Source: Vicinamibacteria bacterium
GTDB lineage: Bacteria; Acidobacteriota; Vicinamibacteria; Vicinamibacterales; JAENWD01
Direction of reading: 5' to 3'
Assembly: GCA_963832135.1 (NCBI GenBank)
Contig: CAWHTD010000016.1
Coordinates: forward strand, 1,186,445 to 1,250,444
Length of the DNA stretch: 64,000 nucleotides
A program made the translations under genes and the position numbers. Positions 13,082-23,020 of this stretch are shown piece by piece (position 1 is the stretch's first letter; each line of letters opens with the position of its first letter). The notes below the pieces were generated by a model. The model was not told the origin of the DNA and did not search any database. It was given only the letters and a program-made list of their open reading frames with translations.

Positions 13082-13464
13082 GCCTCCTCGCGGGCGCGCT
13101 CGAGCAGCGTCGCTAGACGATCCAGTTCCTCGGGCGCCAGGCGCGGTGCCTCCGAGCCGAGGAGCGCCGCGACGGCGTCCCCCGTCGAGCCGTCGAAGAA
13201 CGTCTGCACCAGATGCTTCATCGCGGATTGTCGCGCGCGGTCCCGGTCGACGCGGGGCAGGTAGACATAGCGTGGCCCATCCTGCTCATGCCGCGCGTGG
13301 CCCTTCTCTTCCAGGATTCGCAGCAGCGCGCGCACCGCGGAGTAGCTCGGGGCCTCGGGCAGCCCTTCCTGAACCTCGGCGGCCGTAGCCCGCCCCCGCT
13401 GAAACAGCAGGTCCATGATTTGCCGCTCGCGGCGGCTTAGATTTCCAAACAGGCTCTTTGCCAC
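13078..13464 (-). CDS. BlaI/MecI/CopY family repressor
   Basis: LSRRERQIMD...YSAVRALLRILEEKG...FFDGS; 4-bp overlap with the M56 gene; GAGGAG SD. Confidence 0.93.
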   Translation of the reverse strand: MAKSLFGNLSRRERQIMDLLFQRGRATAAEVQEGLPEAPSYSAVRALLRILEEKGHARHEQDGPRYVYLPRVDRDRARQSAMKHLVQTFFDGSTGDAVAALLGSEAPRLAPEELDRLATLLERAREEA

Positions 13465-13481
13465 GCCAGGTTACTCCTCAC

Positions 13482-13582
13482 GGGCGCACGCAGTGCGCCC
13501 CTACGAGTTCGCGTTGGGCCATGCCGAATTCGCGTTGGGCCGTGCCCTATGCGCCAGCGTAGGCTCGATCTTCAGCTCGGGC
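13482..13582. repeat. Two GTAG-type REP elements in the blaI leader
   Basis: Reverse complement of GTAGGGGCGCACTGCGTGCGCCC at 13482-13504; GTAGGCTCGATCTTCAGCTCGGGC at 13559-13582. Confidence 0.75.
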
Positions 13583-13587
13583 TTGAC

Positions 13588-13603
13588 TGCTAACAAATTA
13601 GCA
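13588..13603. promoter_or_regulatory. Candidate BlaI operator TGCTAA-N4-TTAGCA
   Basis: Perfect 6-bp arms upstream of blaI; recurs at 16058 and 16094. Confidence 0.7.
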
Positions 13604-13626
13604 CGACTCCGACTGCCCCGTCCACC

Positions 13627-14418
13627 TCAGTCGCGGCGGCCGCCATCCACCAGGCGCGACAGCGCGATGGCCGCACTCCGGCGGACATCGGGCACGGCGT
13701 CTTTCAGCGCACCCGTCAGCGGATCTTCGGCGCGAGCGTCCCCCATCTCTCCCAGCGCGGAGGCGGCCTGCGCCCGCACCTCGGCGTTCTGATCCTTGAG
13801 CGCCGTGATAAGCGCGGCGACCGCGGCCGGATCCTTGATCCGCCCGAGCGCAACGCAGGCTTCGCGCCGGACGTCCGCGTCGCTATCGGACAGCGCCGTT
13901 ATCAACGTCGGCACGGCCGACCTGTCGCGCGTCTGCGACAGCGCGTGGATCGCCTGCCGGCGGATATCGGCGTTCTTGTCTTTCAGTGCCGCCGTAAGGA
14001 TCGGCAAGGCTCGCGGATCTTTGGAGCGCGCGAGGAGGGCGATCGCCTGCTGACGGACATCGTCATTGGGATCCTTGGCAATCTCAATGAGGACTTCGGG
14101 AGAAATCGACGCCCGGACACGGCTCAACGCCGCCAGCGCCTGCTGGCGGACGTCGGCATCCTCGTCGTGCAGTGCCTCGATGAGCGCCTTAATCGCTGTT
14201 TCTGGCAGGCTGCCCCTCTCGTCCCCATCCTCATCGCCATCGCCGAAACTGACGTGCGGACTTGGCGTCGGCGTGGGAGTGGGCATCGGAGTCGGCGTCG
14301 GCCTCGGTGTGGGTGTCGGCGTTGGAGTGGGCGTCTGCCGAGCACGGAGCGTCATCGAGGCGCCCGACATGAGCAACCCTGTGAACGTAAGCGCCACGCC
14401 GATCGAACGAGTTTTCAT
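13627..14418 (-). CDS. Exported HEAT-repeat protein (6 repeats) with Pro/Thr linker
   Basis: Signal-peptide-like N-terminus, (TP)n, acidic patch, 31-aa HEAT repeats; start chosen from GGAG spacing (14424 and 14436 also possible). Confidence 0.85.
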   Translation of the reverse strand: MKTRSIGVALTFTGLLMSGASMTLRARQTPTPTPTPTPRPTPTPMPTPTPTPSPHVSFGDGDEDGDERGSLPETAIKALIEALHDEDADVRQQALAALSRVRASISPEVLIEIAKDPNDDVRQQAIALLARSKDPRALPILTAALKDKNADIRRQAIHALSQTRDRSAVPTLITALSDSDADVRREACVALGRIKDPAAVAALITALKDQNAEVRAQAASALGEMGDARAEDPLTGALKDAVPDVRRSAAIALSRLVDGGRRD

Positions 14419-14514
14419 GATCATGATCTCCGTCACTTAGAAAGACTGTTCATCGAACCACGAATGTAAAGCAGCAGGCCGGAGGCGAGGGACGCATAGC
14501 CAGCTTCACATTGG

Positions 14515-14625
14515 AGATCGCAGAGCCGGTTTCAACGCGGAGATCGCTGAGTCCGCCGAGTCCCTAATAGTTGTTTGCGTACTCCGCGTCCTCGGCGTTG
14601 ACATCGTCTCTGCGCGCTCTGCTCC
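14515..14625. repeat. Inverted repeat built from degenerate 9-mers (CGCrGAGrn family)
   Basis: TCAACGCGGAGATCGCTGAG... pairs with ...CTCCGCGTCCTCGGCGTTGA; same family as 19250-19395. Confidence 0.65.
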
Positions 14626-14681
14626 TGTCGTCCGACCCTTCAGACGAACGGAGCGCCGTCCTTTCCAGCTGGCCTCTCCCA

Positions 14682-16022
14682 TCAGTGGTCGGTGACCTCG
14701 GCGAGCGCCCAGGCCGCCATCTTTCGTACTTCTGGATGGGCATCTTTGAGGCTCACGGCCAGTGCGTCCGCCGCGCGCGCGTCTGCAATCTCGCCAATGG
14801 CCCACGCCACCTTGGCGCGCACCTTCCACTCGCGATCTTTGAGCGCCGCGATGAGCGGTTGCAGCGCGTCGGGGCTTTCGATCTCACCGAGCGCCCAGGC
14901 CGCCATCTCGCGCACCCCGATGTCCGCATCGGCAAGCGCTGCGCTCAGGCCGGGTACCGCCTTCGCGTTTTCGATCTCGCCAAGCGCCCAGGCCGCCATC
15001 TCGCGCGTCTTTGCGTGCTCGTCGGCACGCACGGTCGCGACCAATGCCTCGACGCTGTCCACGTCTTCGATTTCGCCGAGAGCCCAGGCCGCTTGTCTGC
15101 GGACGTCGGGCTCACGATCTTTCAGCGCACCTCGCAGCGCAGGCGCGGCGCGCCGATCCTCGATCTCGCCGAGGGCCCACGCGGCCATGTGGCGAACGCG
15201 AGGGTGCTCGTCGTTGGCGAGTCGACCGCCAAGCGCGGTCACGGCTTCGGCGGAATGCAGCTCGCCCAGCGCGTGAGTCACTTCCCGGCGGACGGTCCAC
15301 TCAGAATCGTCCAGCGCGCCGATGAGCGCGGCCACGGCGTGCTGATCTTCGAGCTCGCTCAATCCGTGCGCGGCCATCTCGCGGACACGCGGGTGCGCAT
15401 CTTTGAGCCGAGCCGCGACCGGCTGCACCACGCCCCCTTCGCCCACTTCCCCAAGCGCCCAGACGACGCTCCGGCGGACCTGCCAGTCGCTGTCATCGAG
15501 TGTCGCGAGCAGGCGCACCACCGCGGGGCGCGCGACCTCGCGGTCGTCCAGCATGCCGAGCGCGATCGCCGCAAACCGCCGCATCGTCGCGTGGACGTCG
15601 CCAAGGGCCGTCATCAGCGGCTTGATCGCTTGCGCCCCGATGCGGGACAGGGCGCGCGCCGCCTCGCGCGCAGGTGAAGTAGCGCACTGACGGGGCTCGC
15701 CGCCCACGCTCCAGTCGCGGCCGTCGCCGTCGTGGTCGCCGCAGTCAAGGGCGTCGACGCGTGTATCGTCGGCCAGCAGCGCGATGAGCGCCGGGACCTG
15801 GCCTATCGCGTCGGTGCCACGCAGCCCGAGTTCACAGGCGGCGCGGGCCCGCTCGGCGGGTTCCGCAGCTTGTACCGCCGCAGACAGCGAGCCGACGCCA
15901 CCCGTCTGTTCGGCGGCTCTGGGTGCACTCGAGAGGCTCCAGCCGGGCCGTCGCTCGATGATGGGCGGTAACACGGCCACCAGGCTCAGCGTGATCAGCC
16001 AGGCGTTTGCTCGTCGTGCCAC
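14682..16022 (-). CDS. Exported or membrane-anchored HEAT-repeat protein (about 12 repeats, AAWALGEIE ladder)
   Basis: Hydrophobic N-terminus after basic residues; repeated VREMAAWALGEIE; GGAGGA SD before GTG. Confidence 0.88.
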   Translation of the reverse strand: MARRANAWLITLSLVAVLPPIIERRPGWSLSSAPRAAEQTGGVGSLSAAVQAAEPAERARAACELGLRGTDAIGQVPALIALLADDTRVDALDCGDHDGDGRDWSVGGEPRQCATSPAREAARALSRIGAQAIKPLMTALGDVHATMRRFAAIALGMLDDREVARPAVVRLLATLDDSDWQVRRSVVWALGEVGEGGVVQPVAARLKDAHPRVREMAAHGLSELEDQHAVAALIGALDDSEWTVRREVTHALGELHSAEAVTALGGRLANDEHPRVRHMAAWALGEIEDRRAAPALRGALKDREPDVRRQAAWALGEIEDVDSVEALVATVRADEHAKTREMAAWALGEIENAKAVPGLSAALADADIGVREMAAWALGEIESPDALQPLIAALKDREWKVRAKVAWAIGEIADARAADALAVSLKDAHPEVRKMAAWALAEVTDH

Positions 16023-16057
16023 GATGTCCTCCTGCTCAGTCCTACCGAATTCCGAAG

Positions 16058-16109
16058 TGCTAAAAACATAGCATCGACGATTGGGGAGTGTCCAGCTAAA
16101 TTTTTAGCT
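16058..16109 (-). promoter_or_regulatory. Promoter of the HEAT operon with two candidate BlaI operators
   Basis: TGCTAA-AAAC-ATAGCA (16058-16073) and AGCTAA-ATTT-TTAGCT (16094-16109); minus-strand TGGACA-N18-TATGTT with TGn extension. Confidence 0.7.
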
Positions 16110-16206
16110 TCCAGGATCCAGACGAGAAATCCCGGTCGGTTTGTTCCCTGGACCTCGGCCGCCTCGCACGCTGCTCCGCCGAAAATCGCCAAAGAAATGC
16201 CCCCGC

Positions 16207-16253
16207 TTGCTAATGCCTACATTGTGGGCATATAATGCCTGCATTGCAGACAT
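16207..16253 (+). promoter_or_regulatory. padR promoter with tandem 19-bp palindromic operators
   Basis: TTGCTA-N18-TATAAT; ATGCCTACATTGTGGGCAT (16213-16231) and ATGCCTGCATTGCAGACAT (16235-16253). Confidence 0.72.
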
Positions 16254-16575
16254 GGCCGCATATCTGGGTGAATTCGAATACGCCGTGATGCTCGCCGTCC
16301 TCAGGCTCGCCGACGATGCGTACGCGGTGCCAATCCGGCAGCTCATCGAAACGCGGACCGGCCGCGCCATCGCGCGAGGTGCGCTCTACACCGCGCTCGA
16401 GCGCCTCGAGGTGAAAGGCTGCCTGAAATCGTCCATGAAGCAGGCAGACGCCCCGCGAGCCGGACGCGCCCGGCGCTACTTCGCGCTGACGCCAGGCGGC
16501 GTGACGGCCCTGCGCGCGACCCATGTGGCGCTGCGGCGCATGACCAGCGGCCTTGAAGCCATTCTGGAGCACTGA
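16252..16575 (+). CDS. PadR-family transcriptional regulator (acidobacterial type)
   Basis: YLGEFEYAVMLAVLRL...GALYTALERLE.KG...RARRYF; coupled to the permease. Confidence 0.9.
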   Translation: MAAYLGEFEYAVMLAVLRLADDAYAVPIRQLIETRTGRAIARGALYTALERLEVKGCLKSSMKQADAPRAGRARRYFALTPGGVTALRATHVALRRMTSGLEAILEH

Positions 16576-19245
16576 TGCCGGCCCCTCCCCGCCTCGCCGA
16601 GCGACTGCTGTCGCTCGCCATTCGTGATACGTCCTGGCGCGACGGCATCGTCGGCGACCTGTCGGAGGAGTTCAGCATCATGTCGAAAGACCTCGGAGAG
16701 TCGCAGGCGCGACGTTGGTACTGGCGCGAGGCGCTGAGCGTCGCCGCGCATCGCCTCACTCGACGGCTGGGACGTGACGGTCTGGTCCGCCAGCGACGCC
16801 TTCGGCCCGAGGCCGAAGAACCGCGCGCCGGCCTCGCAGGCGTCCTGTGGCACGACCTCCGTTCCGCGTGGCGCATGGTGCGGCACCAGCCGGCGCTCTC
16901 GATGACGATCGTCGTCGTGCTCGCCGTCGCCCTGGCGGCGAATGCGACGACGTTTTCGATCGCCGACGCGATCGTGCTGCGTCCCTTTCGTTATCCAGGC
17001 GTGGATCGCGCGGTCGTCGTCGCCTCCGACGATCACAAGCGGTTCTTCGACCGCAATTCAGTTGCCGCGGGCGATTTCGTGGACTGGCGCGAGCAGGCGG
17101 GCGACGTGCTGGATCGTCTCGCCGCCATCGAGTGGTGGGAGCCCGCGTATACAAAGGCGGGCCTGCCGCAGCGGCTCTCGGGCTTCCGCGTCTCGCCTTC
17201 CCTGTTCGAGCTGCTTGGCGTCCCGGCGATCCTTGGCCGCGCGCTCGTGCCCGGCGACGAACGGGGCGGGGCGGGGGCCGTCGTCCTGAGTTACGACTTC
17301 TGGCAACGCCAGTTCGCGGGACGGCCGGATGTGCTGAACGTCACGCTCAGGCTGGACGGCGTCTCGCACCGCGTCGTGGGCGTGATGCCGCCGACCTTTC
17401 GTGTTCCGTTCAGCGCTGATCTGTGGGCGCCGTTCGCTCTGTCGCCTCAGGCGCGCAGCCAGCGCGGTCCCGGATCGCTCATGGTCGTTGGACGCCTCGC
17501 GCCCGGCATCAACGTCGAGGCCGTCGAGCAGCGACTCAAAGCGATTCTCGTGCAACAAAAGCGCGCGTTCCCCGAGACGCACGTGCGTCGCGAAGTGAGC
17601 GTGCGCAGCTTCACTGACGGATTCGGCGATCCCGGCGCCGGCCCGTTCCTCGCCGTGTGGCAAATGGCGGCGTTCCTGCTCCTGCTCGTCGCGTGCGCCA
17701 ACGTGGCGAATCTGATGCTCGCCCGCAACGTCGAGCGCGATCGGGAATTTGCCGTGCGACTGGCGCTTGGCGCCAGCACCTTTCGAATCTCCTGGCAGCT
17801 GCTCGTCGAAGGCGTCGTGCTCGCGGGCGCGGCCGCCCTGCTGGCCGTGCCGCTCGTCTGGGCAGCGCTTGGGGCCACGCGAGCCGCCTTTCCGGCGGCG
17901 ATTCTTCGGTTCGTTCCGGGTGTCGAGTATCTCCAGATCGCGCCGGCGACGTTTCTCGCGACCGCGGTCCTGGCGGGTGCCGCCACGGTTCTGTTCGCGA
18001 TGGTTCCCGCGCGCCGGCCGGCAAGGCGTCAGCGCGGGATTGCGGCAGGGCGGCCGGGTCACGGCCGACGGCAAGCGACAATATGGGCGGGCGATTCTGG
18101 CGACCACGCAGATTGCATTGACGCTTGCCTTGCTCGCGGCGGCCGGCGTCAGTCTCGCGGCTCTGTATCGTGTGACCGACGGCCCGCTCGGATTTGATCG
18201 GCACGGAGTGCTCGTGGGTCGTCTCACGCTCTCCGAGGAGCGTTATGGGGACGCCGCGCGGCGGCAGCAGTTCGTCGACCGTATGCTGGCGCGGCTGCTA
18301 TCGCTCCCCGCCGTCGCGGCTGCCGCTGTCGCCAGCCATCCGCCGTATGGGAATTCGGACAGATCCGAAAGCTTCTGGCCGGAGAATGTGCCGCCGCGTG
18401 CCGCAGACGCCACTCAGGTGCAGTGGCGCGCAATCACGCCGACGGCTTCGTCTGTGCTGCGCATCCGACTGGTGAACGGACGCATGTTCGAAGGAACCGA
18501 TCGCCACGACGGGCCTCCGGTTGCCCTGGTCAGTGAGTCCCTTGCGCGACGCTTCTGGCCGAAAACTGATGCCATTGGCCAGCGCTTCAGGCTCGCCGCC
18601 GACGGTCCCCTCGTCACGGTCGTCGGCGTGGTCGGAGACGTCGCGCACTATTGGCTCTTCGGCGAACGGCTGACGGTCTATCGGCCATTCGCCCAGGACC
18701 CGCCTTCCTGGTTCGCGCTGATGGTGCGCACCCCGGCCAACCCGGCCGATCTCGCGGCCGAACTCCGCGCGGCCGTTCAGGCCGAGGACCCCGATCAGCC
18801 GCTCTACGATGTCAGGACGCTTGCGGCGATGGTCGAGGACAACACGTTCGGTCTCCGCTTCGCGGGACAGACACTCGGCATCATCGCGCTCGTCTCGTGC
18901 CTGCTTTCGACGATTGGGCTCTACAGCCTGATGTCGTTCCTGACCAGCCGGAGAACGCGAGAAATTGGCGTACGCATGGCCCTCGGCGCAACACGCTGGG
19001 ACGTCATCAGGCTCATGAGTGCGACGGCGGTCCGTCTGACGGGCGTTGGCCTTGCGGTGGGGCTGCTGCTTACGTATGCGACGGGGCGCCTTCTGCAGGA
19101 AGTCTTGTTCGGTGTGGTCACCAGCAGCCTGCCGCTCGCACTCGGGCTCGCGCTGCTGCTGGGCCTGGTCAGCGCGGCCGCCAGTTACCTACCGGCACGC
19201 CGCGCAGCCGCCGTCGAACCGACGACGGCGCTGCGGGTCGAGTGA
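16575..19245 (+). CDS. Duplicated MacB-like ABC permease (ADOP type), frameshifted near 18010
   Basis: Two MacB/FtsX halves (VACANVANL...REFAVRLALGA; RTREIGVRMALGA) split across ORFs 16575..18197 and 17749..19245. Confidence 0.88.
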
Positions 19246-19249
19246 GAAC

Positions 19250-19395
19250 GGGGAGAACGCTGAGGAAGCGGAGGGCGCCAAGAAATTTAACGCAGAGACC
19301 GCAAGGACCGCAGAGAAAGCACATGACAATCTTTGCGAACTTCGCGGCCTCCGCGTTGAATACCTCGGCGGTCTCTGCCTTCCCGGCGCCCTCTA
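19250..19395. repeat. Nested inverted repeat of 9-mer units between convergent genes (probable bidirectional terminator)
   Basis: 19289-19316 versus the reverse complement of 19330-19357 (21/28 identical) plus outer arms. Confidence 0.65.
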
Positions 19396-20769
19396 CCCCA
19401 TCTTCTGCATCGCCGAAAGGAACTCGGCGTTGCTCTTGGTCTTGCCCATCTTGTCGAGGAGTAGCTCCATCGCCTCGACAGGCGACAACGGGTTGAGCAC
19501 TTTCCTCAGGACCCAGACCCGATTGAGGTCGTCTTTGGGCAGCAGCAGCTCTTCCTTGCGCGTGCCGCTCTTCTGGATATCAATGGCCGGGAACACCCGC
19601 TTGTCCACCAGCTTCCGATCCAGGTGGATCTCCATGTTGCCGGTCCCCTTGAACTCCTCGAAGATCACATCGTCCATGCGCGATCCCGTGTCGATGAGCG
19701 CGGTCGCCATGATCGTGAGCGAGCCGCCCTCTTCGATGTTACGGGCGGCGCCGAAGAACCGCTTCGGCTTCTGCAGGGCGTTGCTGTCGAGGCCGCCCGA
19801 CAGCACTTTGCCGGAGGGCGGGATCACGGTGTTATAGGCGCGCGCCAGCCTGGTAATCGAGTCGAGCAGAATCACGACGTCCTTGCGGTGCTCGACGAGG
19901 CGCTTGGCCTTCTCGATCACCATCTCGGCGACCTGGACGTGCCGCTGCGCGGGCTCGTCGAACGTCGAAGAGATGACTTCCCCCTTCACCGAGCGCCGCA
20001 TGTCGGTGACCTCCTCCGGCCGCTCGTCGATGAGCAGGACGATGAGAAAGACCTCGGGGTGATTCGCGGCGATCGACTGCGCGATGTTCTGCAGCAGCAT
20101 GGTCTTGCCGGTCCGGGGCGCCGCCACGATGAGGCCGCGTTGTCCCTTCCCGATGGGCGCCATCAGGTCCATGACGCGGCCCGAAAGATTTTCGGCCGTC
20201 GTTTCGAGCCGCAGGTGCTCCTGCGGGTACAGCGGCGTGAGGTTCTCGAAGAACAGCTTGTCGCGCGCGGCGTCGGGGGCCTCGAAGTTGACGGCCTCGA
20301 CCTTGATGAGCGCGAAGTAGCGCTCCCCTTCCTTCGGCGGTCGAATCTGTCCCGAGACCGTGTCGCCGGTCTGCAAGTCGAACTTGCGGATCTGTGATGG
20401 CGAGACGTAGATGTCGTCGGGCCCCGGAAGGTAGTTGTAGTCCGGCGCGCGCAGGAAGCCGAACCCGTCGGGCAGGACCTCGAGCACGCCTTCCGAGAAG
20501 ATGAAGCCGCTCTGCTCGGTCTGCGCCTTGAGGATCTGGAAGATCAGATCCTGTTTGCGCATGCCGGTGGCGCCGGTGACGTTCAGGTCCTTGGCGATCT
20601 GAGTGAGCCGCTGAATGCCCATGTCCTTCAGATCGGTGATGTTCAGACCTTCCTGTCTCCGGCCTTCCGCGGCGGGGCTCGGGGTGTCGGCGACAGTGAC
20701 ATCCGCAGGTTCGCCGGCGGCGCTGCTGCCACGGGCTGCGGAGGGATTCCGCTTGTGGTTGGTGGCCAT
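19393..20769 (-). CDS. rho: Transcription termination factor Rho
   Basis: [33 protein letters not shown]. Confidence 0.98.
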   Translation of the reverse strand: MATNHKRNPSAARGSSAAGEPADVTVADTPSPAAEGRRQEGLNITDLKDMGIQRLTQIAKDLNVTGATGMRKQDLIFQILKAQTEQSGFIFSEGVLEVLPDGFGFLRAPDYNYLPGPDDIYVSPSQIRKFDLQTGDTVSGQIRPPKEGERYFALIKVEAVNFEAPDAARDKLFFENLTPLYPQEHLRLETTAENLSGRVMDLMAPIGKGQRGLIVAAPRTGKTMLLQNIAQSIAANHPEVFLIVLLIDERPEEVTDMRRSVKGEVISSTFDEPAQRHVQVAEMVIEKAKRLVEHRKDVVILLDSITRLARAYNTVIPPSGKVLSGGLDSNALQKPKRFFGAARNIEEGGSLTIMATALIDTGSRMDDVIFEEFKGTGNMEIHLDRKLVDKRVFPAIDIQKSGTRKEELLLPKDDLNRVWVLRKVLNPLSPVEAMELLLDKMGKTKSNAEFLSAMQKMG

Positions 20770-20871
20770 GATGTACCGAGAAGGAAGTGAGCCGCTCGTG
20801 GGCTTCGCGTGACGGTGGGGACGAAATCTTGGGTGCGCCGGGGACGCACACAACTGCTTGAACTACGGAAA

Positions 20872-20900
20872 AGTATAGGGTCCGCTGGCCAGACTGTCAA
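20872..20900 (-). promoter_or_regulatory. Near-consensus sigma70 promoter of rho
   Basis: TTGACA-N17-TATACT on the minus strand. Confidence 0.8.
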
Positions 20901-20930
20901 GAATTTGCGCCACCTGGTCGCTCGCCGCCG

Positions 20931-21302
20931 TCAGTACCTTCCCGGCGAATCTCCGATGCCCACGATGCTGCAGGCCTCGATCGCCGTCAGGCCGAGGGCC
21001 CTCGCGCGCGCGATCAACGTCGGCGATTCACTCCCCGGGTTGAACCAGACTTCCTTCACGCCTTTCTGCGCGAGATCATCCACCACGGTGAGGCCAATCT
21101 CAGGCGGGACGTACATCGTCGCCATCTCGACGGTCTCCGGCACATCGAGCACCGTGGCATAGGCCGGCAGCCCCTCGACGGATGTCTCGTGCGGGTTGAT
21201 CGGATACACGGTGAAGCCCTGCGCGCGAAACGCGCGTACGGCTTTGTTCCCGTACTTGCGGCGATTGTTCGAAGCGCCGATGACCGCGACGTGGCGTGAC
21301 AT
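20931..21302 (-). CDS. CoA-binding protein (YccU-like)
   Basis: VAVIGAS...VYPINP...VWFNPG. Confidence 0.9.
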   Translation of the reverse strand: MSRHVAVIGASNNRRKYGNKAVRAFRAQGFTVYPINPHETSVEGLPAYATVLDVPETVEMATMYVPPEIGLTVVDDLAQKGVKEVWFNPGSESPTLIARARALGLTAIEACSIVGIGDSPGRY

Positions 21303-21344
21303 GCAGGAAGGAGTCTCCACCCATCAATATACAATCGTCGAACC

Positions 21345-22985
21345 GTGCAACGGCCGACCCTGCTGCTGATCCTGCTCTGCGGCGTGACGTTTCTGGTGGG
21401 ACTCGGACGGCCCGCCATCGGCGATTCGGACGAGGCTTTTTACGCGGAAGCGGGACGCGAGATGGTGGAAAGCGGCGACTGGCTCACGCCCCGCTACAAC
21501 TACGAGCCGCGATTCCAGAAGCCGATTCTCTTCTACTGGTCCGTGGCGGCCACCTACATCGTCGCCGGAATCGGCGAGGCGCAAGCCCGCTTCTGGGCCG
21601 CGCTCTCGGGCGTCGGGCTTTCCCTGGTCGTGCTGGCGGCGGGGCGCCGCTGGTTCGACGCACAGACAGGGCTCGTCGCCGGCTCGATCGTCGCAACGAC
21701 ATTCGGTTACTTCTCGATTGGCCGGCTCGCGCTGCCGGATCTTCCCCTCGCGTTCTTCGTCACCGTCGCGATCGTCTCTGCGCTTGCCGGCACGGTGGAC
21801 GATGATCCGCGCCGTTCGCGATGGCTCGCTCTCGCGGGAGGCGCAGCCGGATGTGCCTTCCTGACGAAAGGACCCGTCGGCGTGCTCGTGCCCGTGATGG
21901 TGCTGTTGCCGATCTGGATCGTGGAGCGTCGGCGCGTGCACATGCCGCGGGCAGGCACCGTCGTCGCCCTGCTCGTCGCCCTCCTCGTGGGAGCGCCGTG
22001 GTACGTCGCCATGGCACTGGCGCATGGACGGGCATACCTCGACAGCTTCTTCGTTGGCGACAACTTCGAGCGGTTCGCCACCAGCCGCTTCAACGATCCT
22101 CGTCCCCTATGGTTCTACCTGCCGATTGTCCTGGGAGGCATGCTGCCGTGGACACCGCTGGTCGTGGTCATGGCACCGATCGTCCGGGTGACGAACAGGT
22201 TGCGCGAGTGGATGACGCCACCAACCGTTCGGCTCATCGTCTGGGCCGTGATGCCGCTCATCTTCTTCACCGCATCCGTCGGCAAGCAGCCGCGCTATAT
22301 CCTGCCGCTCTTGCCGCCGCTGGCACTGCTGCTCGCACACGCCATCACGGATCGCCTGAATCGGCGCGGCGATGGGCGGGATGCTCTGATTCAGGTGCCC
22401 GCGGCCATGGTCGGCATCCTCGTCGCCGCCGTCGCGGTGGTGCTGTACCGTGCCCGGCCACTCATCGTGGGAGTGCCGTCGCTGTTTGTCGTCGCGGCGA
22501 TCGGCGCGATCATCGTGGCCGCGGTGATCGTACTGGGCGTCGCCACCGCGCCGCGGGCGCGCCTGGTTCCGGCCGGTATCGCCATCGCGAGCGCGCTCAC
22601 GCTCGCGGGCCTTCAGTACGGGCTCTCACCGGCCGGACGCGATCCGGTGCAGAACATGGCGACGCTCGTGGTGCGCCATCGCGCGGCGACCGAGCCGATC
22701 GCCACGTTCCGCGTGTTCGTCCGGAACCTGATCTTCTACACGCACCTTCCCCAGGTCGATCTCCGCACCGACCAGGATGTCGTCGACTATCTGCGCTCCG
22801 GCGAACGCGTGTTGTGCGTGATAGGCGCGCGCGAGCTGGCGCGCATTCAGGAGACGAGCGACCTGCAGATTCGGACGCTCGGTGACGTGCTGTTCCTCGA
22901 CGCATCGGCCGTCAAACTGCGCACGATTATCGACCCCGACGAGGAGCGCGATCTCGAACGCGTGTTGCTCGTGACCAATAAGTGA
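21345..22985 (+). CDS. ArnT-like GT-C (PMT/GT39/83) glycosyltransferase
   Basis: DEAFYAEAGREM...DWLTP...FQKP, FLTKGPV, KQPRYILP; many TM helices. Confidence 0.88.
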   Translation: MQRPTLLLILLCGVTFLVGLGRPAIGDSDEAFYAEAGREMVESGDWLTPRYNYEPRFQKPILFYWSVAATYIVAGIGEAQARFWAALSGVGLSLVVLAAGRRWFDAQTGLVAGSIVATTFGYFSIGRLALPDLPLAFFVTVAIVSALAGTVDDDPRRSRWLALAGGAAGCAFLTKGPVGVLVPVMVLLPIWIVERRRVHMPRAGTVVALLVALLVGAPWYVAMALAHGRAYLDSFFVGDNFERFATSRFNDPRPLWFYLPIVLGGMLPWTPLVVVMAPIVRVTNRLREWMTPPTVRLIVWAVMPLIFFTASVGKQPRYILPLLPPLALLLAHAITDRLNRRGDGRDALIQVPAAMVGILVAAVAVVLYRARPLIVGVPSLFVVAAIGAIIVAAVIVLGVATAPRARLVPAGIAIASALTLAGLQYGLSPAGRDPVQNMATLVVRHRAATEPIATFRVFVRNLIFYTHLPQVDLRTDQDVVDYLRSGERVLCVIGARELARIQETSDLQIRTLGDVLFLDASAVKLRTIIDPDEERDLERVLLVTNK

Positions 22986-23020
22986 TTGCAAGGATTCGCG
23001 GCGATTAGGCAGAAAAGTCG

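Noticed and set aside
10958-13464. Beta-lactam resistance (bla/mec) locus
   Set aside because: No penicillin-binding sensor domain and no beta-lactamase in the cluster; the sensor is HEAT repeats
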